Below are positions 8,907-17,514 of a stretch of DNA of 64,000 nt, piece after piece. The stretch comes from Parcubacteria group bacterium (lineage in GTDB: Bacteria; Patescibacteriota; Minisyncoccia; UBA6257; Colwellbacteraceae). The notes under the pieces are model-generated. The model was not told the origin of the DNA. It did not search any database and saw only the letters and a program-made list of their open reading frames with translations. The stretch lies in NCBI GenBank assembly GCA_041649415.1, contig JBAZND010000001.1, positions 167,128-231,127 on the forward strand, given 5' to 3'. How positions within the stretch are numbered: the stretch's first letter is position 1; every line of letters begins with the position of its first letter. The translations under genes were made by a program, and so were the position numbers.

Positions 8907-9414
8907 ACACTTCCATTACGTCAGGATGGTCCAAAAGGACTTCCGTCAGAACCTCTATTTTTTCATTGTCCTCTTCTGCGACTGGTTGCTTAAATTTTGG
9001 GATAAATTCCCCTTCTCCATTTTGAGTAAACCCCCACATAACCGAACCTTGTTCGGCAAATTTGGCATTATTGTTTAAAAGCAGCCTTTTAACTTCGGCG
9101 ATAGTTCTGTTTCGGTTGTCCGTCGCGGCTTTAATAACGAAAGCCGTCCCTCCGGGGCCGTAGGCCTCTATTAGAATATCTTCTGTGGGATTATCCTTTG
9201 CTCTGTTAATGGCTCTTACTATGTTGTCCGAGGGGACATTTTCTTCCTTGGCTTTGGCTATTGCTGCCCGAAGACGCGGATTGAAATCCGGATTTGGATC
9301 AATCTTTGCCGCTGTCTGCACCGCCATCAAGAGCTTTGTGAACTGTTTGGCGCGCTTTTCGTCGGTTAAAGCTTTCTTATGTTTTATTTGGGACCATTTA
9401 CTGTGTCCTGACAT
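8887..9414 (-). CDS. yebC: YebC/PmpR family protein (shortened, 175 aa)
   Basis: MSGHSKWSQIKHKKA...NPRLRAAIAKAKEENVP is the YebC signature. It is roughly 65 aa shorter than typical members. Confidence 0.85.
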   Translation of the reverse strand: MSGHSKWSQIKHKKALTDEKRAKQFTKLLMAVQTAAKIDPNPDFNPRLRAAIAKAKEENVPSDNIVRAINRAKDNPTEDILIEAYGPGGTAFVIKAATDNRNRTIAEVKRLLLNNNAKFAEQGSVMWGFTQNGEGEFIPKFKQPVAEEDNEKIEVLTEVLLDHPDVMEVYANIKK

Positions 9415-9436
9415 TTGCCTATATTATATATAAGTT

Positions 9437-10747
9437 ATGCCGTCTTTAAATAACAAAAAAGAAAATTTAAACGAAGTTTTCATAAGTAAAATTGCCATTT
9501 CTTCTCCCGCCGAACTATCCGCGCGTCTTACTGTCTTGTCAGCGGAGAAAGCGTCAACGAGCGTTTTGCTTGAAGAAATATTGGGAAGCGCGCTTGGTCT
9601 TGGCGCTTCGGACGTTCACTTTGAGCCCGCGCGAGATACCGTAAAAGTAAGAATCCGAATAGACGGTATTTTACGCGAGGCAGGTGTTCTTATAAACGAA
9701 GAATATAAGTATCTTTTGAGCAGAATTAAGCTTTTAGGCGGCATCAAACTTAATATTCAGGAGAAAGCCCAAGATGGGCGGTTTACTATTTTAAGTCGCG
9801 AGAATAAAGGGGATATTGAGGTTCGCGTCTCTATTAACCCCTCCGAATACGGAGCAACGATTGTTCTAAGAATCCTTGACCCAGAAGCGGTGATTCTGGA
9901 AATAAAAGACATTGGTCTCCGAACGGACGACCTCCAAAAAATTGAGGAAAATCTCAAAAAGCCGAATGGCATGATTCTAGTGACTGGTCCCACCGGTTCG
10001 GGGAAAACTACCACTCTTTACGCGTTTGTTAACCGCCTAAACTCACCGGAAATAAAGATAATAACGATTGAGGACCCCATAGAGTATCACTTAAGCAATA
10101 TTCAACAAACGCAGGTTGACTCATCCGCTGGCTACGACTTTAAAAACGGCCTAAAATCAATCCTACGCCAAGATCCGGATGTTATTCTTATCGGTGAAAT
10201 AAGAGACGCCGAAACAGCGGAAATTGCTATGCAGGCAGCTCTTACAGGGCACGTTGTCTTCTCTACCCTTCACACCAATGCAGCCTCGGGCGCTATCCCT
10301 CGCCTTTTGGACTTGGAAGTCAAGCCGCAAATCATTGGGCCAGCCGTTAATGTGATAATAGCCCAGCGTTTAGTCAGGAAATTATGTCTAAAATGCCGTA
10401 AAAAGACGGAATTAGACAATGAAAAGAGAGAAAAAATGGAGAAATTTATCGTTTCTCTCCCCAAAAATATTGCCCTGCCGACTGCGGAGGAAATGGCATT
10501 ATACGAACCGGTCGGCTGTCCGTCCTGTATAGATGGTTATAAAGGCAGAACGGCCATATTTGAAATATTGGAAATGAATAAAGATATAGAAATGCTCATT
10601 CATAAAGAATCGAGTGAAGTGGAGATTGAGAAACTTGCGGTTGAGAAAGGTTTTATTAATATACAGCAAGATGGAATTATCAAAGCCATAAAAGGGATCA
10701 CGAGTCTTACGGAAGTGGAAAAAGCAACGGGGCCGATTAGTTGGTAG
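9437..10747 (+). CDS. Type II/IV secretion-family ATPase (PilB/GspE-like)
   Basis: Walker A GPTGSGKTTT, Asp box and His box (TGHVVFSTLHTN), and a tetracysteine motif (CLKC...CPSC). Confidence 0.85.
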   Translation: MPSLNNKKENLNEVFISKIAISSPAELSARLTVLSAEKASTSVLLEEILGSALGLGASDVHFEPARDTVKVRIRIDGILREAGVLINEEYKYLLSRIKLLGGIKLNIQEKAQDGRFTILSRENKGDIEVRVSINPSEYGATIVLRILDPEAVILEIKDIGLRTDDLQKIEENLKKPNGMILVTGPTGSGKTTTLYAFVNRLNSPEIKIITIEDPIEYHLSNIQQTQVDSSAGYDFKNGLKSILRQDPDVILIGEIRDAETAEIAMQAALTGHVVFSTLHTNAASGAIPRLLDLEVKPQIIGPAVNVIIAQRLVRKLCLKCRKKTELDNEKREKMEKFIVSLPKNIALPTAEEMALYEPVGCPSCIDGYKGRTAIFEILEMNKDIEMLIHKESSEVEIEKLAVEKGFINIQQDGIIKAIKGITSLTEVEKATGPISW

Positions 10748-10946
10748 CGTTTTAAAAACAAAAATCCGCCAAAGACTTCTGAATATTATGGAAACTCTTT
10801 TATTTAAAAAATAAAAGAGGTTAAGATGCACCCGAGGCATACCCGAGCCGAAACCCAAGGCAGCTATAAACTGAGGCAACATCCCGTCAGAAATCCTTAA
10901 CGGATTTGTCCGCATCCTAACATATAGCTTCAGTCTTGTCAAGACT

Positions 10947-11936
10947 ATGTCCGAGATAAATATACAAGGTCAAAAAGAGGAACAAAACTGGGAAAATTTA
11001 TTACGCCCGGACAGCTTTGGCAAATATATTGGCCAAGAACCGGTTAAAAGAAGTCTTAAGATTATTCTTGAGGCGGCCAATAGAAGAAATGAGCCTATTG
11101 ACCATATACTTCTTCATGGCCAAGCCGGACTTGGTAAAACCACTTTAGCTCATATTATCGCAAAAGAGGCTAAAGGAAATTTAAAAATTACTTCTGGCCC
11201 GGCCATTGAAAAGACCGGGGACTTAGCCGCTATCCTGACAAATCTTGAGAACGGGGACATATTGTTCATTGACGAAGTCCATCGTTTAAATAGGATGATT
11301 GAAGAGGTCTTATACTCGGCCATGGAGAGCCGGACGCTAAATATAGTTTTGGGAAAAGGGCCGTCAGCCAGAACAATTTCCATTGATCTTCTTCCTTTTA
11401 CTCTTATCGCGGCGACCACGAGGATTGATTTATTATCCGGGCCACTTAGATCTAGATTCGGCGCGACCTTTCGTCTTGATTATTATTCATCCAAAGACAT
11501 TGAAGAAATCATAAAACGGTCGGCCGCCATTTTAGGCGTTCAAATTGACGATGAAGCCGTCAAAATACTCGCCAAGGTCAGCCGCTTCACCCCACGCACT
11601 GCAAATAGAATTCTAAAGAGAGCGAGAGATGTTGCCGAGGTGCGCGGGACAAGCTTAATCAATGAAAAGTGCCTTGAAGAACTCTTTGAAATATTGGAGA
11701 TTGACGATCTCGGCCTTGAATATCAAGACCGAAGGATTCTTCTTATTCTCCGCGACCAATTTAACGGAGGTCCGGCGGGAATCGGCTCCATCTCATCCTC
11801 TCTCGGTGAAGAGAAAAGCATAATAGAGGGCGTTTATGAGCCGTATCTTATTAAAATAGGACTTATTAAAAGAACTCCTTCCGGCCGCATGCTTACCGAA
11901 AAAGGACTAATCTATTTGGAAAGCCTAAAGAACTAA
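10947..11936 (+). CDS. ruvB: Holliday junction branch migration helicase RuvB
   Basis: LRPDSFGKYIGQEPVK, Walker A GQAGLGKTT, Walker B FIDEVHRL. 329 aa. Confidence 0.95.
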   Translation: MSEINIQGQKEEQNWENLLRPDSFGKYIGQEPVKRSLKIILEAANRRNEPIDHILLHGQAGLGKTTLAHIIAKEAKGNLKITSGPAIEKTGDLAAILTNLENGDILFIDEVHRLNRMIEEVLYSAMESRTLNIVLGKGPSARTISIDLLPFTLIAATTRIDLLSGPLRSRFGATFRLDYYSSKDIEEIIKRSAAILGVQIDDEAVKILAKVSRFTPRTANRILKRARDVAEVRGTSLINEKCLEELFEILEIDDLGLEYQDRRILLILRDQFNGGPAGIGSISSSLGEEKSIIEGVYEPYLIKIGLIKRTPSGRMLTEKGLIYLESLKN

Positions 11937-11940
11937 CCAA

Positions 11941-12372
11941 ATGCCCGTCATAATCTCTCGCTCCGAGAAACAAACCAAGAAATTAGGAGCGAAACTGGCC
12001 GGAAAAATTATGAAAAATGCCGGTAAGCCGCAAATTGTGTTCTTGATCGGCGAATTAGGCTCGGGGAAAACGGCCTTTTCTAAAGGATTTGCCGAGCATC
12101 TCGGCATAAAGAGAGTCTCAAGCCCTACGTTTAATATCGTGAAATCCTATAAAATAAAAAAAGGAGACTACACGCGCTTGGTTCACGCCGATTTATACCG
12201 AGTTAAAGATTTAAAAGAACTTGAGAACATCAGCTTTTTCAAAGATCTAAGCAAAAAAGGCATTATTACCTTAATAGAATGGCCAGAAACAGTTACCCGA
12301 AAAATATCAGGCATTAAAGTTCGCTTCGCTCACGGCGGAAATGAAAATGAACGATTGATTAAAATAAGCTAA
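11941..12372 (+). CDS. tsaE: tRNA t6A37 biosynthesis ATPase TsaE
   Basis: GELGSGKTAFSKGFAEHLGI...SPTFNIV is the TsaE/YjeE signature. Confidence 0.85.
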   Translation: MPVIISRSEKQTKKLGAKLAGKIMKNAGKPQIVFLIGELGSGKTAFSKGFAEHLGIKRVSSPTFNIVKSYKIKKGDYTRLVHADLYRVKDLKELENISFFKDLSKKGIITLIEWPETVTRKISGIKVRFAHGGNENERLIKIS

Positions 12373-12377
12373 AACTC

Positions 12378-13259
12378 ATGGAACATTCCTTTCTTATAAT
12401 AGACGCGAACTCTCTTATCCATCGGGCCTACCACGCCCTCCCTCCTCTCACAGACTCTCAAGGAAAACCGGCAGGCGCTTTATACGGTCTTTCAAGCATA
12501 CTTTTGAAAATCCTAAGAGAAGTCATTCCAGAATATGCTGTTGCGGCCTTTGACCGCCCGGAACCCACTTTTCGGGAAAAAGAATACTCTGCCTATAAGG
12601 AACACCGCCCGGGAGCGGAAGAAAGTTTGATTTCTCAACTCATTTCCTCCAAAGACTTCTTCAAAGCTTTCGGAATTGCCAGTTTGGACTCCCCGGGGTT
12701 TGAAGCGGACGACATTATAGGAACAGTTGTTTCAAACGCCTCCCGCGCGGCGAAAGTGAAGAAAATCATAATTCTATCGGGCGATTTGGATGTTCTTCAA
12801 CTTGTGGAAGACAACCATATCGTCGCCTGGGTGCCTCAAAAAGGCATAAGCTCATTCACTGAATACAACCGCGAAGCGGTAATCAAACGTTTTGGTGTCC
12901 CCCCAGAACATATTCCGGACTATAAAGGGCTGGTTGGAGACACTTCAGATAATATTCCGGGTGTTTCCGGTATTGGCCCTAAAACAGCAGCAGCTCTCAT
13001 TAAAAACTACGGCCCATTAGAAGACCTTTATGCTCTTTCACCTGAACCAAAAACAACGGCTTTAAAAAATGTCATTGAAAGCAAAGAGAAAGCTCTGCTC
13101 TCCAAGCATCTCGCGACCATCTCCCAGAACGCGCCGATTTCTTTTCCCTCGGTTGAAGATTTTAAAGTTAATCCCCTTTCTCCCACTGACCTCTCCGCTT
13201 TTCTTCTCATGAAAGGATTTAGAAATTTGTCAGAAAGAGCGGCCTCCCTTCGTTTTTAG
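12378..13259 (+). CDS. Stand-alone 5'-3' exonuclease / flap endonuclease (Pol I N-terminal domain family)
   Basis: IIDANSLIHRAYHALPPL...GKPAGALYG, GFEADDIIGT, and an H3TH region DNIPGVSGIGPKTA. Confidence 0.9.
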   Translation: MEHSFLIIDANSLIHRAYHALPPLTDSQGKPAGALYGLSSILLKILREVIPEYAVAAFDRPEPTFREKEYSAYKEHRPGAEESLISQLISSKDFFKAFGIASLDSPGFEADDIIGTVVSNASRAAKVKKIIILSGDLDVLQLVEDNHIVAWVPQKGISSFTEYNREAVIKRFGVPPEHIPDYKGLVGDTSDNIPGVSGIGPKTAAALIKNYGPLEDLYALSPEPKTTALKNVIESKEKALLSKHLATISQNAPISFPSVEDFKVNPLSPTDLSAFLLMKGFRNLSERAASLRF

Positions 13260-13292
13260 TTACAAGGAGTTGTTATACAATTATCCTGTAAC

Positions 13293-14609
13293 TTGCTGAC
13301 AATCGGCGAAAATTTTAAATTATTCAAACGAGAGCTTATTCCCTTTTGGGCGGCTCTTTTTTCTGGAATTTTAATTTCCATTCTTGCCTTTATTTATTTC
13401 TCCCTTCTTTGGTTTATTGTCTCCTGCGTTTTATTCGCCGTTATTGTCGGCGTTACATTATTTATAGGGCTGTCCTTCTCGGCTTGTAGGCGGGAAAAAA
13501 CATTTGAAGAAAATCGGCTGGAAAAACTCATCACAAACGTTAATGATGCCATTATCGTTTACGACAAAGAATTTCGGATAATTGTTTGGAACCGGATGGC
13601 GGAAGAAATATTTAGATTACGCAAAGATGACGTCTTGAAGCAGACTATCTCACCCGAAAAAATATCTGATCCGTCTTTTAAGATTCTCGTGCAAACGATT
13701 TTCCCGTCGCTCGCCCCGTCAGTCATTAAAAAAAGCCCTGCAGGAGAATATCCTCAACTTATGGATGTTTCCTTTCCCGATCCGACCCTTGAATTGGCCG
13801 TTACGACCGACCGAATTTTGGATAGGAATGGACACCCGATTGGTTTTATAAAAATCGTAAAAAACAAAACGAGAGAAGTTGAACTCTTGCGTTCCAAGTC
13901 GGAGTTTATCACCGTTGCGGCTCATCAATTACGCACCCCTTTAACCGCCGTTCATTGGATATTTGAGACGTTCGTTAAAAACGAATCTCTCGCGCCAGCC
14001 GACCGAGAACTTGTCTCAAACGGACTAGCCGCTTCAGTGAGATTGTTAAAAATAGTGAACGATTTGCTTGACGTCTCCAAAATTGAATCAGGCCGATTCG
14101 GCTACAACTTCACGGAAATTGACATAGGAATGTTTATGGATGACCTTCTCAAAAATGCAAATCTTTTGGCCCAAAAATACGGCGTCTCACTTTACTTTGA
14201 CCGGCCAAAAACCCCTATTATCATTCACGGCGACCCGCAAAAACTGGGAATTGCTTTTTCAAATCTCCTGGATAATGCCATCAAATATAATGTAAAAAAC
14301 GGACAAGTCATCGTTAAAATTGAACCTTATCCAAATCGTCCTTATATTCAAATATCGGTTAAAGACACGGGGATTGGTATAAGCAAAGAAGCTATCCCTA
14401 AGCTTTTCAGTAAGTTTTTCAGAGGAGAAAACACCGTTAAAGAGCAAACCGAAGGGTCGGGATTAGGGCTCTACATTACTAAAAACATTATTGTCCGACA
14501 CGGTGGCAACATCTCGGCCGAATCTTTCCTCGGGAGAGGATCTGTTTTTTACATCGTTCTTCCAACCGATCCCGCCCTCATTCCGCCGAAAGAAGTCTCT
14601 ATTGAATAA
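13293..14609 (+). CDS. Sensor histidine kinase (2 TM, PAS-like, HisKA, HATPase_c)
   Basis: H box FITVAAHQLRTPL, N box LLDNAIKYN, G1 DTGIGI, G2 GSGLGLYI. TTG start. No adjacent response regulator. Confidence 0.85.
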   Translation: MLTIGENFKLFKRELIPFWAALFSGILISILAFIYFSLLWFIVSCVLFAVIVGVTLFIGLSFSACRREKTFEENRLEKLITNVNDAIIVYDKEFRIIVWNRMAEEIFRLRKDDVLKQTISPEKISDPSFKILVQTIFPSLAPSVIKKSPAGEYPQLMDVSFPDPTLELAVTTDRILDRNGHPIGFIKIVKNKTREVELLRSKSEFITVAAHQLRTPLTAVHWIFETFVKNESLAPADRELVSNGLAASVRLLKIVNDLLDVSKIESGRFGYNFTEIDIGMFMDDLLKNANLLAQKYGVSLYFDRPKTPIIIHGDPQKLGIAFSNLLDNAIKYNVKNGQVIVKIEPYPNRPYIQISVKDTGIGISKEAIPKLFSKFFRGENTVKEQTEGSGLGLYITKNIIVRHGGNISAESFLGRGSVFYIVLPTDPALIPPKEVSIE

Positions 14610-15488
14610 ATGCCCGAACTTCCGGAAGTAGAAAATACCGTTCGCAGTCTCAATAAGCTCATTATCGGCAGCCGTATTAAAAAAGTCTGGACTGACGCGC
14701 CGAAACTTGTAAGACGGGGTTCGTTTGAAGAACTAAAAAAAGGAATTAAAAATCGCAAAATTATTAACGTCAAAAGACGTGCTAAAAATATAATACTGTC
14801 GTTGGAAGGCGGATATGCGCTGCTGATTCATCTTAAAATGACGGGACATTTTCTAATCGGCAAATGGGAAATTAAAAAAAATGATGGAAAAGAAACCGCC
14901 GTTTCATTGCTTAAGGGCGCTTTAAGCGAAAAAGTGAACGACTATATTCATATCATCTTCTATCTTGACGACGGCCGCGAAATAGCTCTCTCTGATTTAC
15001 GAAAGTTCGTAAAACTTATTTTCGGAAAAGAAGACGAGATATATAAAGAAAAAGGGATTTATGATGCCGGCACGGAAGCGCTTGAAATGAAATTCAGTGA
15101 ATTTCACTCCGTTGTCTCCAAGTCTCACAAAAACATTAAAACCCTTTTAATGGATCAGACAAAAATCGCAGGGATAGGAAACATCTATTCAGATGACATT
15201 CTTTTTAGAGCTAAAATTCACCCTTTGCGTAACGCCTCTTCATTATCCGGCGGAGAAATAAAAAAACTTTACGCTTCAATAAAAGAGGTTTTATCTCTTG
15301 CGATACGCCTCGGCGGTACATCCATTTCCGATTACCGTAACGTCAAGGGTGAAAAAGGAAGTTATGGCGAACAAAGACTCGTTTATCGTCGAGATGGGAA
15401 ACCATGCCCCCGATGCAAGACTCCCATAAAAAGAATTAAAATCGGTAGTCGCTCAGCAAGATTTTGTCCGTCCTGTCAATCGTTATAG
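14610..15488 (+). CDS. mutM: Formamidopyrimidine-DNA glycosylase
   Basis: MPELPEVE N-terminus and a C-terminal zinc finger CPRC...CPSC. Confidence 0.9.
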   Translation: MPELPEVENTVRSLNKLIIGSRIKKVWTDAPKLVRRGSFEELKKGIKNRKIINVKRRAKNIILSLEGGYALLIHLKMTGHFLIGKWEIKKNDGKETAVSLLKGALSEKVNDYIHIIFYLDDGREIALSDLRKFVKLIFGKEDEIYKEKGIYDAGTEALEMKFSEFHSVVSKSHKNIKTLLMDQTKIAGIGNIYSDDILFRAKIHPLRNASSLSGGEIKKLYASIKEVLSLAIRLGGTSISDYRNVKGEKGSYGEQRLVYRRDGKPCPRCKTPIKRIKIGSRSARFCPSCQSL

Positions 15489-15563
15489 ATCTATCAGGTT
15501 TGAGCTTCAAAATCGTAGTTTTAGGTTTTGTTTTTTAAGGTTTGAGCTATTATCATATCTGTA

Positions 15564-16361
15564 ATGATTATTTTTCTTTATGGTGAAGATTCTTTTCGCC
15601 GGAAAAGGAAATATGCGGAAATCGTCTCGGAATTCACCGGAAAAAACGGCAATCTTGGCTTCTCCGAGTTCTCTGCCGACGAATCGGATAAATTCTTAGA
15701 AGCGGTCAAAAATAGATCAATTTTTTCGCCCCGCACTCTTATTGGTTTTAAAGATATTGAATTTACTCTTTTGCCGGAGGATGTTTCTTACCGCCTAAAA
15801 AACATTCTTGCTGAAGTGGCAGCAAGCAATGAAATAATCGTTCTTATTGGAAGTGTTGAGCCTTTTCTGCCGACTGATATGCCTTTTCTCATGGAACCCC
15901 CCACAAAAACGCAAGAATTTAGTCAGCTATCCAGGGAGAAACTTGCCTTTTTTGTGCTGAAAGAAGCCGCCGAAAGAGGAATAAATTTTTCGGAATCAGA
16001 TGCCAAAAACCTGATTGCTTCACTTTCGAACGATCTCTGGGCTATCAGTTCGGAGCTTGATAAAATGGCTTCCGCTAAGTCTTATTACCTTCCCTCGTCC
16101 GTCGCTGATGAACCGACTTATTTTGGACTCTTGAACGTGCTTAAACTCGGTAAAACGCGAGAGAGAAAATTAATCGCGCTTGAAATCATTCTTTACAAAC
16201 TTAAAGAAGATCCAGCCAGGGTTTTTAACGGACTTGCTTACTCCGCTCCCCGAGGAACTTTACCGGGGAAATGGTTTGGTCTTATGGCCGACTATGACAT
16301 AGCCGTCAAATCTGGCAAGTTGGATTACGAAGAAGCCTTGCTTGATTTTGCCATCCGTTAA
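15564..16361 (+). CDS. holA: DNA polymerase III delta subunit-like protein
   Basis: N-terminus MIIFLYGEDSFRRKRKY resembles short HolA proteins of small-genome bacteria. At 265 aa it is shorter than classical HolA. Confidence 0.5.
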   Translation: MIIFLYGEDSFRRKRKYAEIVSEFTGKNGNLGFSEFSADESDKFLEAVKNRSIFSPRTLIGFKDIEFTLLPEDVSYRLKNILAEVAASNEIIVLIGSVEPFLPTDMPFLMEPPTKTQEFSQLSREKLAFFVLKEAAERGINFSESDAKNLIASLSNDLWAISSELDKMASAKSYYLPSSVADEPTYFGLLNVLKLGKTRERKLIALEIILYKLKEDPARVFNGLAYSAPRGTLPGKWFGLMADYDIAVKSGKLDYEEALLDFAIR

Positions 16362-16375
16362 GCTCACCTTGTAAG

Positions 16376-16633
16376 TTAAGAAGCCCGTACTCGGGCTAGT
16401 CGTGATTTAAGCCTACGCGCCTTATTCTTTTTGATTAGCTTCGTTTTAGCCGCTTTATCAAGCGCTCTGTATACTTCGGAAAGCGATGTTCTCTTTGTTG
16501 CTTCGTCCTTTTCCGATAAACCTTTTTTATAAGTCTTTACCGAAGCTCTAAGAGAACTCATTTTTTTTAAATTCTCCTGCCTTCTTCTACTGGATTGTCT
16601 CAAAGCTTTTCTAGCTGATTTTATTCGTGGCAT
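16376..16633 (-). CDS. rpsT: 30S ribosomal protein S20
   Basis: MPRIKSARKALRQSSRRRQENL... is a basic helical 85-aa protein. Confidence 0.9.
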   Translation of the reverse strand: MPRIKSARKALRQSSRRRQENLKKMSSLRASVKTYKKGLSEKDEATKRTSLSEVYRALDKAAKTKLIKKNKARRLKSRLARVRAS

Positions 16634-16653
16634 ACGCGCGAATTATAAGGAAG

Positions 16654-17055
16654 TTACCCAATGCTTTTCAAGTGTCTCACATCGCAATATTTCTCTGAAA
16701 TTGTCAAGGCTAATAAATCTATTCGCCAACCTCTCTCCGCAAGAGCCGGATTCTGATTAGCAAAAAACAAACACGCCCTCCTTAATTTAAATAATTTTGC
16801 TTGAGTCAAATTATCTTCTGGCCGCAATTCTATAGCTTGGCCATTATTATGCCTTAATCTGCTTAAAGTTTTGACCTCTATAAAAACAAGGATGTCATTA
16901 TGGTCTTTGGCAATAATATCTATCTCGCCACACGGACATCGGACATTTGTCCTAAGTATTTTATAGCCGTTTCTTTTTAAAAACCTGGCCGACATTTTTT
17001 CACCCCACGCCCCAATTTCTATATGCCCATCTTTAAAGGGAGGAAATTTTTTCAT
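16654..17055 (-). CDS. yraN: YraN family (UPF0102) endonuclease-like protein
   Basis: GAWGEKMSARFLKRNGYKIL...GEIDIIAKD...VFIEVKT is the YraN signature. Confidence 0.85.
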   Translation of the reverse strand: MKKFPPFKDGHIEIGAWGEKMSARFLKRNGYKILRTNVRCPCGEIDIIAKDHNDILVFIEVKTLSRLRHNNGQAIELRPEDNLTQAKLFKLRRACLFFANQNPALAERGWRIDLLALTISEKYCDVRHLKSIG

Positions 17056-17080
17056 TCTTCTTATTATAAATTTGTTTTAA

Positions 17081-17100
17081 AATGTTTGCCGGCAAACATT
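17081..17100. repeat. Palindrome copy 1: AATGTTTGCCGGCAAACATT (perfect 20 bp)
   Basis: Read directly from the sequence. It lies 13 bp upstream of a TATAAT (minus strand, 17068-17063) that precedes the yraN start by 7 nt. Confidence 0.9.
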
Positions 17101-17110
17101 CACAACACGT

Positions 17111-17154
17111 AATCTTGCACAAAATGTTTGCCGACAAACATTTTGTGCAAGATT
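17111..17154. repeat. Palindrome copy 2: 44 bp, same core, one central mismatch (CCGA for CCGG)
   Basis: AATCTTGCACAAAATGTTTGCCGACAAACATTTTGTGCAAGATT, followed by TTTTGCATTTTT. Confidence 0.9.
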
Positions 17155-17202
17155 TTTGCATTTTTGTCTGTTGGCAAACAATCGTTTTCACATTAAAAGA
17201 CC

Positions 17203-17250
17203 CAAATTTGTAATAAAATGTTTGCCGGCAAACATTTTATTACAAATTTG
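17203..17250. repeat. Palindrome copy 3: perfect 48 bp, same core
   Basis: CAAATTTGTAATAAAATGTTTGCCGGCAAACATTTTATTACAAATTTG. A degenerate half-copy, TGTCTGTTGGCAAACA, lies at 17165-17180. Confidence 0.9.
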
Positions 17251-17260
17251 AAGGATAGAG

Positions 17261-17311
17261 TGTGAAAACAAATGTGAAGACAGTTTTTAATGTGAAAACA
17301 GTGTGAAAACA
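17261..17311 (+). repeat. Four direct copies of TGTGAA(A/G)ACA (iteron-like)
   Basis: Copies at 17261-17270, 17273-17282 (TGTGAAGACA), 17291-17300 and 17302-17311. An inverted partial copy, TGTGAAAA, is at 17185-17192. Confidence 0.85.
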
Positions 17312-17397
17312 CTTGTTTAACGGTAAACGAAATATATTTGCCAATAAGTAAAACATCACAAACCATTCTATAACTCGGCCATATATGACCCGGACAT

Positions 17398-17438
17398 TTG
17401 TCCACAACGCGGCCAAGTTATACCCATAGTTATCCACA
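17398..17438 (+). promoter_or_regulatory. Cluster of three co-oriented DnaA-box-like 9-mers
   Basis: TTGTCCACA at 17398-17406 (1 mismatch), TTATACCCA at 17418-17426 (2 mismatches), TTATCCACA at 17430-17438 (perfect). Confidence 0.55.
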
Positions 17439-17514
17439 TTTTTGCCCTAGGCATCCTGACGAGAGATATTATGACCATATTCAGTTTATCTAAGGTATAT
17501 GTCACAATAAGCGG

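Noticed and set aside
10820-10921. Possible SRP (4.5S) RNA, because of the long closing stem, the ~100-nt size and a CCAAGGCAG string also present in E. coli 4.5S RNA.
   Set aside because: I could not find the conserved domain IV features on either strand: a GNAR tetraloop closed by a G-C-rich stem and the flanking AGCA/GGAA loops. The 9-nt match alone is insufficient.
13293-14609. Orphan sensor histidine kinase without an adjacent response regulator.
   Set aside because: Orphan kinases are common. Nothing in the flanking genes (exonuclease, mutM) suggests a dedicated system.
15496-15548. 11-bp direct repeat AGGTTTGAGCT (15496-15506 and 15538-15548), plus AGGTTTTG at about 15523, upstream of the holA-like gene.
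   Set aside because: It is short, has only two full copies, and no recognisable promoter geometry or partner regulator nearby. It could be a chance or local slippage duplication and is not enough for a regulatory claim.
17081-17311. Possible mini-CRISPR array, given repeated 20-bp units at 40-54-bp intervals.
   Set aside because: Only 3-4 copies are present. The sequences between cores are themselves the self-complementary arms of the palindromes rather than unique spacers. The period is irregular and there are no cas genes in the window.
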